DNA of 64,000 nucleotides from positions 86,763-150,762 of IMG/VR virus record IMGVR_UViG_3300042453_005121; one strand, given 5' to 3'. The notes beneath the pieces were generated by a model. The model was given only the letters and a program-made list of their open reading frames with translations. It made no database searches and was not told the origin of the DNA. Both the position numbers and the translations under genes were made by a program. Below are positions 43,660 to 52,464 of the stretch, piece after piece. This DNA comes from a virus. Within the stretch, counting starts at the first letter, position 1; each line of letters opens with the position of its first letter.

Positions 43660-44449
43660 TCATCTCTTCCTTGAGCCACGACTTGAAATCAAGTCCTTCG
43701 CTGGTCTGCACTAGGCTTCTGGTTCTTGCGTCCACGGCCTTGGGTTGCAATCTTGACTTGTCTGTCGGGATGAGGATCGGCTTGTTGTAGGTGGTGCTCG
43801 GTAATTGCTGCGGCCTGAACCCGCCCGACCCCTTTAGATCGGCCAGCCTAACTTCCGAACTTCTTCCTGTTTTATGATCGTAAAGGTTGAATTCTATTTC
43901 TTCGTCTGAATCTTCCACGCCTTCTTGGTCCAATATGTCTTCCAGGCCGCCTACGAGGTTTCTTCTTTTTGTTTCGTCAAAGCCGAACAACTCAATGTTG
44001 TCGTTCCTCACTGCTATCCAGCCTTCTTTTTTCATGACGTACAATCTTGGATCAATGTTTGATTGCGGTCTTGAATGACGATGGAGACTATAATTTCCTG
44101 ACATAATTACATGAAGGGCTTCTTTGTCCATGCCGCAGTTTTTTTCTATTTCATTCCATATTTCAACGTCACTCTTGTATAGTGGCATTTTTGGATTGGA
44201 TGGGTCCGCTTTCGTGAACAAATTTTTCAATATGAGTTCCAACAACCATTGAGCTGATTCTGTGGGTTCGTCTTGCAATGAGGACAACGAATTGGCGCTG
44301 ATTCCCAATTCCTTCGCATAGTTATGGATTGCCTCCAAATGCTCGGAGCAGACGTGTTCAATCGCGATCATCTCGTGATTTTTGTCGCCCGTGTCCCCGT
44401 CGGCGAAATCCACCTGTCCGTCCTGTATCCAGTATTCTCCCCGTATCAA
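43562..44449 (-). CDS. Hypothetical protein
   Basis: 295-aa acidic ORF with LDFKSWLKEE near the C-terminus. Confidence 0.65.
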   Translation of the reverse strand: MIRGEYWIQDGQVDFADGDTGDKNHEMIAIEHVCSEHLEAIHNYAKELGISANSLSSLQDEPTESAQWLLELILKNLFTKADPSNPKMPLYKSDVEIWNEIEKNCGMDKEALHVIMSGNYSLHRHSRPQSNIDPRLYVMKKEGWIAVRNDNIELFGFDETKRRNLVGGLEDILDQEGVEDSDEEIEFNLYDHKTGRSSEVRLADLKGSGGFRPQQLPSTTYNKPILIPTDKSRLQPKAVDARTRSLVQTSEGLDFKSWLKEEMIRRAWPETIATGEGQPDRLSSRKGRQRNRRSQ

Positions 44450-44832
44450 GCCATGCCTCCCGGCTGCGGCTGGAAGTCTTGAGACAATAGTTTATCTAAG
44501 TCTTCCACTGGAACTATGAAGTTTTTCTCCTCTTCTTCTTTTTCCACCCTCACCGTTTCCCCGTCCTTGTCCTTGTATATTCTTTTCTTTATGACGGGGT
44601 CGGTGATTTTTCTCACTATCGCGTGAGTTATCTTTCCTTCGTCGTTTCTCTTGAATTTGACGATTTTGTAGGAACTTACGTTGTTGGTCACTCCTCCCAT
44701 GGAGAAGAAACTGGCTATCTGCGGCTCCTTCTCAAGTTCGCTGGGGTCCAATCCGAGTTCGTCTTGGAGCGCTGAAAGATAAGGGCTTTTTTCTTCTTCT
44801 TCTAAGAACTTTCTGAACGATTTTTCGGCCAT
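44446..44832 (-). CDS. Hypothetical protein with capsid-targeting-like N-terminus
   Basis: Starts MAEKSFRKFLEEE. CTATATA lies 8 nt upstream. Confidence 0.7.
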   Translation of the reverse strand: MAEKSFRKFLEEEEKSPYLSALQDELGLDPSELEKEPQIASFFSMGGVTNNVSSYKIVKFKRNDEGKITHAIVRKITDPVIKKRIYKDKDGETVRVEKEEEEKNFIVPVEDLDKLLSQDFQPQPGGMA

Positions 44833-44864
44833 ACACGAGATATATAGCATCACGGAGGACGAAT

Positions 44865-45254
44865 ATGAGCAGCCCGGGATTCTCGGATTTTAGGGAGTTG
44901 ATGGACAAGTGGGACAATACCTCGCGGCTATTCACGGAGAGTGATTTGTGTCTCTTCTTCCGCAAGGACGATACTCTATACGGAGCGACCGAGACAGGCA
45001 GAATAACCTACGCACGAATGAAGAACCCCGAATCCAAGGAGGACGAAAACTGGAGCAAGGAGGCGACTTTCTCGGCTTATGATCTGGAAAAGTCTGCTGA
45101 CGGCAAGAACACGATGTCCGTGTTCGGCAAATCTGATCTCAAGAAGATTGAGGCCATTTCTCAAGAAGATGCCGAAAAGGAGCTGGAGAAAAAAGGCAAG
45201 AAAATGCCCGCCATATCGGAAGAAGATCAGGAGCGGACCTACGGGGAGGAATGA
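44865..45254 (+). CDS. Hypothetical acidic protein
   Basis: GGAGG SD. Shares the TATATA element at 44840-44847 with the divergent gene. Confidence 0.7.
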   Translation: MSSPGFSDFRELMDKWDNTSRLFTESDLCLFFRKDDTLYGATETGRITYARMKNPESKEDENWSKEATFSAYDLEKSADGKNTMSVFGKSDLKKIEAISQEDAEKELEKKGKKMPAISEEDQERTYGEE

Positions 45255-45442
45255 TGGACAAGTTCCGAACTATAGAGAGTTGGGCAAGCAACATCGGCTA
45301 TGTCGTGGAAAGGGATGAAAAGATTGGAAGGTATGTCTGGCACGAGGAGAATTCCACGGGCTTCAGTACATGCCACACCGTTTCCGAGGTCATAGAGGCG
45401 ATACTGGATGAGATCAGGCGGGGATACGAGGGGGAAAAATGA
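45251..45442 (+). CDS. Hypothetical protein
   Basis: 63 aa, translationally coupled on both sides. Confidence 0.55.
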   Translation: MMDKFRTIESWASNIGYVVERDEKIGRYVWHEENSTGFSTCHTVSEVIEAILDEIRRGYEGEK

Positions 45443-46101
45443 CCCTTCAATTCGGCGATTCGGGGCACAAGTACGTCTGCTTCTGTTGTGGGGTCCAGTT
45501 CTCCGAGTACGACGAGTTTAAATCTCATATCGTTGACAATCACCAAGAGGGCAGGGAATACGTGATTTGTCCTTTGTCTCACTGTCGTGCTCCGGTGAGG
45601 GACGTGAAGTTGCATCTCAAGGTCAAACACCCCGGGTTCGACCACAAAAATTTCATGGGTCAGGCTAGGGCCATAGTGTGGAACGATTTCTCCTCCAAGG
45701 GAGTAAAAAAGACCAGAAAGCCCAGGTTCAAGCAGGGCAAGTACGAGTCCACCAAAACCGGAAAGATCCTCGGATACAGATCGGGACTCGAGGAGAAACT
45801 TTACAAGATACTTGATCAACACGACGAGGTGGTTTCCTTTTATTCCGAGCCCCTTCACATAGACTACATCCATCAAGGACAAGCCCATAAGTATATCCCT
45901 GATCTTTTTGTGGTTTTCATGGACGGTCACAAGGAAATATGGGAGGTCAAGCCCACCAATCAGACTGATTTGGATATAAACAAGGACAAATGGAGGGCTG
46001 CCGAAGAGGCTTGCAAGGTAAGAGGCTGGAACTTCAGGGTTTTCACGGAACAGGGCATAGAGAAGCTTGGTCAGGAAGTACGCAGACAAAACATAGAATG
46101 A
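45439..46101 (+). CDS. Zn-finger plus TnsA-like PD-(D/E)xK nuclease (T4 gp4 head-completion family)
   Basis: Two C2H2-like fingers, YRSGLE, SEP, YIPD, EVKP, KWRAA, FTE. Confidence 0.75.
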   Translation: MTLQFGDSGHKYVCFCCGVQFSEYDEFKSHIVDNHQEGREYVICPLSHCRAPVRDVKLHLKVKHPGFDHKNFMGQARAIVWNDFSSKGVKKTRKPRFKQGKYESTKTGKILGYRSGLEEKLYKILDQHDEVVSFYSEPLHIDYIHQGQAHKYIPDLFVVFMDGHKEIWEVKPTNQTDLDINKDKWRAAEEACKVRGWNFRVFTEQGIEKLGQEVRRQNIE

Positions 46102-46112
46102 CGGGGGTTGTT

Positions 46113-46925
46113 ATGGAATTTAGGAACTGGTTGTTGGGAGAGGGCGTGCGCGAACTGGTCAAGGCCTATTCGGATTCGTTGAGGAACGTCCCCCAGAATT
46201 TTGATCATCATCCCGAGGGATCGGTGCTCAACCACGTCAAGTTGGTGAGGAAGTCGGTACTCTCGGCGGCCAAAGAACTCCAGAATCTCAAGGATGATTC
46301 TGTTCTGGGCGATGTCCTTCACGATCTTGATTTCAATCTTGATGAGGAGGAAGTCAAGATTTTAAATCTTGCCGCTTGGCTTCATGACATAGGCAAGTCC
46401 ACCGCTACGACCGTGGACGGAACACACTACAGTAAGGCCCAAGGTTTGGACGGCAAAGTTCAGGCGATAGGCCACGAGTCTCCCGAGCATTATGCTCCTC
46501 AAGTAGACAAGATGATTTCTTTGGCTCCTGATTCGCTCGTCAATTTCTATGAAACCCATAGGAATTTGGTCAATTTCCTTATTGAGCGACATATGGATTT
46601 TGCCCATGGAGGATTCGGCAAAAAAATTCTTTCTTCATATTTTGTAAATGGCAGAATCAAGAACGATCGCAACATGAAATTGTTATTGGTTTTGATGTGG
46701 GCGGACAAGATGGGGAGGGGCAAGGCTCCGGAACTCGCTGGAAATATCAATAAATTAAGAACAGCCGCAGAAAAAAGTCGCGAGATGGCTGCCAAAGCCG
46801 AAAGACAGTCAAGGCCGTTTTCCGGCGGCGAGACAGAGTTCAGGAACATGCTCCGCTCAAGAGGCTTGGATCAGGCCGCAATTGACGCCGCCGTGAGTTC
46901 AAAGTTCACACCGGTTCAAGATTGA
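46113..46925 (+). CDS. HD-domain phosphohydrolase with capsid-targeting-like N-terminus
   Basis: MEFRNWLLGE, HHPEGSVLNH, LHDIGK, GHE, HM, AD..GR. Confidence 0.78.
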   Translation: MEFRNWLLGEGVRELVKAYSDSLRNVPQNFDHHPEGSVLNHVKLVRKSVLSAAKELQNLKDDSVLGDVLHDLDFNLDEEEVKILNLAAWLHDIGKSTATTVDGTHYSKAQGLDGKVQAIGHESPEHYAPQVDKMISLAPDSLVNFYETHRNLVNFLIERHMDFAHGGFGKKILSSYFVNGRIKNDRNMKLLLVLMWADKMGRGKAPELAGNINKLRTAAEKSREMAAKAERQSRPFSGGETEFRNMLRSRGLDQAAIDAAVSSKFTPVQD

Positions 46926-46950
46926 CATTGAAAATGGGTTTTTGTAGACT
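46922..46950 (+). promoter_or_regulatory. Sigma70-type promoter
   Basis: TTGACA-17 nt-TAGACT. Confidence 0.6.
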
Positions 46951-46960
46951 CTCTGAAGTC

Positions 46961-48001
46961 ATGAAAACCGATCTTTATGTTTTTCAATGGATATCTGATC
47001 TCGGGGGAGCCGACACCCGACTCAAAGAACTTCTCATACTTCTCAAGGACGACTTCAATATAACCTGCATTCCGAACGACGAGTTCAGGCTTTCGGAGAA
47101 GCACAATACTGATTTCCTTGATTCGCTTGGCGTGAAGTACTGCATGCCAAAAGTTCTTCCCAAGAATCCCAAGGGTTTTGCTTACGCGAATTGCAACTTC
47201 AGGCTCTTTCAAGAGCGAGAAAGAATAAATTTCATAAATGACAAGGGCCTGAAATTCTTGTGGTCCAACGACATGATGTGGACCACTCCTGAAGAGATAG
47301 AGGCCATAAAAAAAGGAAAGGTTGATTGCTGTCTTTTTACATCAACCTTTCATCAAGGAATTTTGGGCGAAAAGATATTCGCCGCCAAGAAGGATCAGAA
47401 GGCCGCCATACTTGACAATTATTTTGATGCCTCCACGTGGGAGTACGCAGAAAGACCCGACAGGGAAACGATGGTGTGCGGGAAAGTCAGTCGGGATGAT
47501 CAAATGAAATTTTCCGAAGACTTTCCCATGTTTTATCAAAGAGCCACCGCTGGCCTGCCCGTTTCCTACAGAATCATGGGTTGGAACAAGGAACTTTCCG
47601 AAAAGTACGACTGGTTCAAGTTTGGCGAGAATTGGGAATTCCTCTCCACGAACAAGGAGCCCACGAGGAGTTTTTATTCTTCGTTGGATGTTTTTCTCTA
47701 TAACTGCAACCACAGGTTCATAGAAAACCAGAGCCGTGCTATTGTAGAGGCCCAACTGACAGGCCTTCCTGTGGTCGCCCCCAACAAATGGAATTTTCCG
47801 AATATGATTTGGGACCAGAGAACTGGATTTTTATGGAACAACCTCTTGGAAATGAAGGAGGCCCTGTCTGACCTTGTTCACCCGGACTTCAGGAAGAAAA
47901 TGGGGCGGATGGCAAGCGAATGCGCCAGACAGATATGGTGCGATTCTGAAGTCGCCAAGAGAAAGTGGAATTCGCTTTTGAATTATGTGGAGGGAAACTG
48001 A
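46961..48001 (+). CDS. GT4 (GT-B) glycosyltransferase
   Basis: GGAD, ENQSRAIVEAQLTGLPVV (E-x7-E), TGFL. Confidence 0.82.
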   Translation: MKTDLYVFQWISDLGGADTRLKELLILLKDDFNITCIPNDEFRLSEKHNTDFLDSLGVKYCMPKVLPKNPKGFAYANCNFRLFQERERINFINDKGLKFLWSNDMMWTTPEEIEAIKKGKVDCCLFTSTFHQGILGEKIFAAKKDQKAAILDNYFDASTWEYAERPDRETMVCGKVSRDDQMKFSEDFPMFYQRATAGLPVSYRIMGWNKELSEKYDWFKFGENWEFLSTNKEPTRSFYSSLDVFLYNCNHRFIENQSRAIVEAQLTGLPVVAPNKWNFPNMIWDQRTGFLWNNLLEMKEALSDLVHPDFRKKMGRMASECARQIWCDSEVAKRKWNSLLNYVEGN

Positions 48002-48867
48002 TGAAGACACTAATCTGGTCGGTTGCTTGGGGCGAATACAGGTATATGCTTCAGACTCTGATGGATTCAATCCGTTCGTGCGGTTTGCAGCACGACATAC
48101 TTACGTTCTCGGACGAGCCCCTGGCGAACGTGACTTCCTGCGAGGTTGACAAATCCATACAAATGGACTTCAAGCAGTATTGGAAGTTCCATTATCTGAA
48201 TAAAATCCGCGAATTGGACTATGATCTTTTTGTTTTCATAGACAGCGATCATTATTTTGTTAGAAAACCACCAAAGGAATTTCATGAAATAATAGGACCG
48301 GACCCTTGGCATTCGTTCCTTGAGTCGCCCATCAATTCCGAACTCACCAAGAGGCCCGATTGGTGGGGCGTCACCAACTCCAGTATGACCAAGATTTACA
48401 GGGACTTCGGCGTGACGCAAGACACGGTCTACAGCACGAACGGAGGGTTCTGGATGTGTCGCAAGGAATTCATGAAACAGGCGGCGAATGTCGGCTTCTT
48501 GTTCAGGGACTACCAAAAGGGCCTCGGGCTTGACCTGCCTGAGGAAGTTGCCATAGCCGTGATTTCCCACATGTTCAGTGCGGATTACTCCCAAAGATTT
48601 CACAAGAGATATATGGACATATGGGCCAGCGAGTGGACGGGAGTACTGCAGGACCGTCTTCCCGACGGATCACAATGGGAGTTTCAGGAATATATGACGG
48701 GAACAAAATCTCTTTTGAATCCGGCGATAGTACACGCGATGAGAAGCAAGAATGCTCTCGTCGGAGCGGGGAAGAGTACTTTTGAAAAGACCAAGTCAAC
48801 TAGGAAGTTCATTTCGTGGGATAAAGTAAGGTCCGGAGCCCGCTGGAGTGTCTTTGATGAAGGCTGA
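48001..48867 (+). CDS. GT-A fold glycosyltransferase-like protein
   Basis: FIDSD DxD motif, NGGF. Confidence 0.6.
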   Translation: MKTLIWSVAWGEYRYMLQTLMDSIRSCGLQHDILTFSDEPLANVTSCEVDKSIQMDFKQYWKFHYLNKIRELDYDLFVFIDSDHYFVRKPPKEFHEIIGPDPWHSFLESPINSELTKRPDWWGVTNSSMTKIYRDFGVTQDTVYSTNGGFWMCRKEFMKQAANVGFLFRDYQKGLGLDLPEEVAIAVISHMFSADYSQRFHKRYMDIWASEWTGVLQDRLPDGSQWEFQEYMTGTKSLLNPAIVHAMRSKNALVGAGKSTFEKTKSTRKFISWDKVRSGARWSVFDEG

Positions 48868-49501
48868 AATTCTAGGTCATTTTGGCGACGACCTTATGGT
48901 GGTCAACGCAGCCAGAGTTAGTTACGGAAAGAACAAGGAGAATTTTGATGAGAAGGACGCAAAACTCATCAGGTTTCTCGTGGAGCACGGACACACCTCG
49001 CCTTTCCGTCATCCGCAATTGCAGTTCAGGATTGAGTGTCCCATATTTGTGGAGCGACAACTCTTCAAGCATCAGGTGGGCCTCACCGCAAACAGCATAA
49101 GCGGAAGATACGTTGATTTCTCGGACGAGTACTGGTTGCCCGACCAACTCAGGCTGCAGTCAAAGGACAGCAAGCAGGGAAGCAGTGGCGACCTTGATTC
49201 GGTCGCCAATGAAAATTTTAAGGACCAGATGCAGATGCTACTCAAGCACGCCAAGTCCTTGTACGACCAGATGGAGGCTGCAGGCGTCGCCAAGGAGCAG
49301 TGCAGGATCATATTGCCGCTTTGTCTTGAGACTCAATTTGTTTGGACTGGTTCCTTGGCGGCCTTTATTCATTTGTGGAAACTTAGGTTGAAGCCCGACA
49401 CCCAACAGGAAACTAGAGAATTGGCTCTAATGATGTTGGGCGCAGTTAAGTCGCTGCCGGGCTGCCCTTTCCTGCGTACGCTGGAGGCGTTCGGTCTTTG
49501 A
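48857..49501 (+). CDS. thyX: Flavin-dependent thymidylate synthase
   Basis: AARVS, HTSPF, RQLFKH, SGRY, EQCRIILP. Confidence 0.92.
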   Translation: MKAEILGHFGDDLMVVNAARVSYGKNKENFDEKDAKLIRFLVEHGHTSPFRHPQLQFRIECPIFVERQLFKHQVGLTANSISGRYVDFSDEYWLPDQLRLQSKDSKQGSSGDLDSVANENFKDQMQMLLKHAKSLYDQMEAAGVAKEQCRIILPLCLETQFVWTGSLAAFIHLWKLRLKPDTQQETRELALMMLGAVKSLPGCPFLRTLEAFGL

Positions 49502-50856
49502 ACGAACTTTTGCAGCGGCTGTACGACCACAAGCCCAGAGTCGCCGTTTACGGCGATGCGATGATTGATGAGTATTACGAGGTGGATTCCGACAAGTTGA
49601 GTCCGGAATTTCCCATCCCGGTATTGCGGTCCTGTTTTTCCCAACCGCATGCCGTCGCTCTTGGAGGGGCCGCAAACGTTTGTGCACAATTTAGAAACTT
49701 TAATTTTGACGTAAGTTTGTTTGCTCTGACGAACGATAGGATCAAACGGATGGGTTCGGGCGTCAATATGGACGGATGTATCTTTTCAAGGTCGGTGCCG
49801 GTCAAAAGGAGATACTACAGCGGTGATTTCCCGCTCTGTCGCATTGACTCCGAGGTGCGTGATTACAACTACGAACAAGAGGTCTTGAAAGACCTGCAGC
49901 AAAAGATACTAGACAATCTTAGTTCCTCTGGCCCCTACGACGTGGTTGTTTTTTCAAACTATGAAAAAGGAATGTTTTCCGGGCTTGATAATTTTGCGTC
50001 TTTCGCGGGAGACGCGATAACGATCGTTGATCCCAAGTCCGGTCCCCCCGAGCGATGGAGGGGTTGCACGATAATCAAACCCAATGCCAAGGAGGCCAAG
50101 GAGATAACCGGGCTTTCTGACTGGAAGGACCAATGCGCCCTTCTCATGAAGGCCACGGGATGTCAGGCTGTGGTTATCACGCGTGGCGGCGAAGACGTCG
50201 TGGGGAACGTGCAAGGTTTGTGGTTTGAATACAAGCCCGAGAGTCCCGTCCGAGCCAACTCCGTCGTGGGCGCGGGCGATTGTTTCGTTGCCTTTCTCGC
50301 CATGTGCATGTGCCATTCAATAGACATCAGAAGGTCGGTGGAGATAGCGTTTGAGGCCTGTTCTCTTTATGTCCGCGAATCCCACAATAGGCCGATTTAC
50401 CCTTATCAGATTGAGCCCACAAAATTCGTGGATTCTAGGAATCTGATTAATCGCGATTTTAAACTGGCATTCACTAATGGCTTTTTTGATATTTTGCATC
50501 CCGGTCACGTGGAACTTCTCAAACACGCCAAATCAAAGGCCGATTCGCTCGTTGTCGCCCTGAACACGGACGACAGTGCCATCAGGCAAAATAAATCCCA
50601 CAGACTGGTGAATGGTTTGGACTATCGCAAGTCCATGATTGCGGCCTTGGAGTGCGTTGACTTCGTTTTAGACTTCGGCGAGGACACCCCCTACGAATTG
50701 ATTAAAAGAGTCAGGCCGGATGTCCTTGTCAAAGGCTCCGACTGGCCCAATCCTGTGGGATCGGACCTTGTGGGCGAGGTGTGTTCTTTCGGTTTGGTGG
50801 GAAATCATTCCACTACGGGTATAATTGAAAAAATATGGTCAATTGCCCCTAGATAA
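49498..50856 (+). CDS. hldE: Bifunctional heptose-7-P kinase / heptose-1-P adenylyltransferase
   Basis: GDAMID, LGGAANV, VDPK, PN..EA, GAGD, FTNGFFDILHPGH, KGSDW, STT. Confidence 0.85.
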   Translation: MNELLQRLYDHKPRVAVYGDAMIDEYYEVDSDKLSPEFPIPVLRSCFSQPHAVALGGAANVCAQFRNFNFDVSLFALTNDRIKRMGSGVNMDGCIFSRSVPVKRRYYSGDFPLCRIDSEVRDYNYEQEVLKDLQQKILDNLSSSGPYDVVVFSNYEKGMFSGLDNFASFAGDAITIVDPKSGPPERWRGCTIIKPNAKEAKEITGLSDWKDQCALLMKATGCQAVVITRGGEDVVGNVQGLWFEYKPESPVRANSVVGAGDCFVAFLAMCMCHSIDIRRSVEIAFEACSLYVRESHNRPIYPYQIEPTKFVDSRNLINRDFKLAFTNGFFDILHPGHVELLKHAKSKADSLVVALNTDDSAIRQNKSHRLVNGLDYRKSMIAALECVDFVLDFGEDTPYELIKRVRPDVLVKGSDWPNPVGSDLVGEVCSFGLVGNHSTTGIIEKIWSIAPR

Positions 50857-50859
50857 GGC

Positions 50860-51135
50860 ATGAATAAATTTAAAGACTGGCTTTGTATGAGGGAGCAGAT
50901 GACACCCGCCAAACCGGGCCAGCTCCTTAAACCAACTAATTCTGCGGCCCTCAAAGACGATGGGGCCAAGATTGACACTATGATCAAAAAGACAATAGCG
51001 GCGAACATGAAGAAGCCCAAGCAGATGCAGAAGGCCGCTCTTGAGACGCTCGGCAAGCAGGTTGCGAGCAATCCAGGAACCACGCCCAAAGACCTAAAGA
51101 AGATAGCCGACGTGATTTCCGACGAGGGAATGTGA
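50860..51135 (+). CDS. Hypothetical protein with capsid-targeting-like N-terminus
   Basis: Starts MNKFKDWLCMRE. CTAGATA lies 4 nt upstream. Confidence 0.7.
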   Translation: MNKFKDWLCMREQMTPAKPGQLLKPTNSAALKDDGAKIDTMIKKTIAANMKKPKQMQKAALETLGKQVASNPGTTPKDLKKIADVISDEGM

Positions 51136-51311
51136 CTTTTCGTGAATGGCTCTTGGAAGAAGGCGGCAAGGGTTCTGGACCCAAGTTAACCGCCACGGGC
51201 CTTAACGCCGGGGGAATGACCCAGCACGGGATGCGATACCGGATGTCGGCCAAGCCTGCCAAGCCAGCAAGGCCATTCGCTCCCATTTCTCCTTTTAAAA
51301 ATCGCACCTGA
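51132..51311 (+). CDS. Small basic protein with capsid-targeting-like N-terminus
   Basis: Not in the ORF track. GTG start overlaps the upstream stop: MTFREWLLEEGGKGSGPK...FKNRT (59 aa). Confidence 0.65.
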   Translation: MTFREWLLEEGGKGSGPKLTATGLNAGGMTQHGMRYRMSAKPAKPARPFAPISPFKNRT

Positions 51312-51322
51312 ACTCTATTAGT

Positions 51323-51793
51323 TTGATGGTTCATGCGATTCCAAACTCAATAGCGATAACTTGCAGCTGCGTCCCGTGTCACGACTGGATGTCGTTCGCT
51401 TCTTGGTATTCCATCAGGAAATGGCTTCCTGATTGCGATGTTTCTCTGGAAATGAACTTGGACAAACCCCTTTTTAAATGGGCCCCTCGCGTGGGAGTCC
51501 GTATATCAAGGAATGTCAAGGCAGAAGTGAAGATCAGACCCACCGTCATGATCTTGCGGGAATTCAATGGCTCTTGTGACCCAGTCTCTTCCAAGAGCAA
51601 CAATCAGGCCTCGTTCATAGATTATTCCGACGGCTGTGGTAATTTTGTTGTTGACAAATGGATAAATAATCAAGAGGTTCCTTTTTACCGTGCGATGAGA
51701 AGATTTAGAACTCACGACCTTACCGTCAACGAGGTCGCTATATTAAATTTCTGGGAGCGATGTGGTTTCGTCTACAAGTCGGTTGGAGGATGA
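51323..51793 (+). CDS. Hypothetical protein
   Basis: 156-aa ORF. Confidence 0.55.
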   Translation: MMVHAIPNSIAITCSCVPCHDWMSFASWYSIRKWLPDCDVSLEMNLDKPLFKWAPRVGVRISRNVKAEVKIRPTVMILREFNGSCDPVSSKSNNQASFIDYSDGCGNFVVDKWINNQEVPFYRAMRRFRTHDLTVNEVAILNFWERCGFVYKSVGG

Positions 51794-52047
51794 TGAGACG
51801 ATTTTATTTCGATGAAGAGGGTCGTGGTGATGACGAGGAGGATGCGGAGGACATGGAGGGCATGGGTTTCATGCCTGAAGAATTTATAACCATGACCCCT
51901 ATGTCCAATCCGGAGCATCATCTGCTGGATTGCGCCATTAAATTCTGCGAGAAGTCAATACTTTGGAGATTCATGGGAAACTCCTCCCGTCTCAAAATGC
52001 TGGAAGACGTATATGTTAGAATCAGAAACATGATGGAAGGTGCTTGA
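51790..52047 (+). CDS. Hypothetical acidic protein
   Basis: Starts MMRRFYFDEE. GGAGG SD. Confidence 0.6.
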   Translation: MMRRFYFDEEGRGDDEEDAEDMEGMGFMPEEFITMTPMSNPEHHLLDCAIKFCEKSILWRFMGNSSRLKMLEDVYVRIRNMMEGA

Positions 52048-52048
52048 T

Positions 52049-52399
52049 ATGCCAAGATATGAAATGAAATGTGAAAAGTGCGAAGAAGTTTACGACGTTT
52101 GGTCAAACATGTCCGAAAAGACTGAAAACGTCGCCAATGCCGAATGTCCGTCCTGCGGCTCTCGAGAAAAAACGGAGATAATGGGTTGTCCTTCCGTAAA
52201 ATTCGCCAACCCAGTCGGAACAGACAGATGGAACAGCGAGAGCAAGGGACACGACTACAGGTTCAAACACAATATGGATAAGCCCGGAGGAACAAGGGAT
52301 CAGCGTGCCGCTGCGGCGAAGGCGTCCAGAGTCGGGGCCGAACCGTACAGGAAGATAGACGACATATCAAGCGGCAAGCACTTCGGCGATGTCAAGTGA
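52049..52399 (+). CDS. FmdB-family zinc-ribbon protein
   Basis: MPRYEMKCEKC...CPSCGS. Confidence 0.75.
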   Translation: MPRYEMKCEKCEEVYDVWSNMSEKTENVANAECPSCGSREKTEIMGCPSVKFANPVGTDRWNSESKGHDYRFKHNMDKPGGTRDQRAAAAKASRVGAEPYRKIDDISSGKHFGDVK

Positions 52400-52464
52400 T
52401 CGGGATTGATTAATTATTTATACACACTAGAATAAATTGTTCTGAAAACTGAAAGGAACAATAA

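Noticed and set aside
45439-46101. Tn7-like transposon suggested by the TnsA-like domain
   Set aside because: There are no tnsB/C/D genes or transposon ends. The fold is shared with phage head-completion nucleases.
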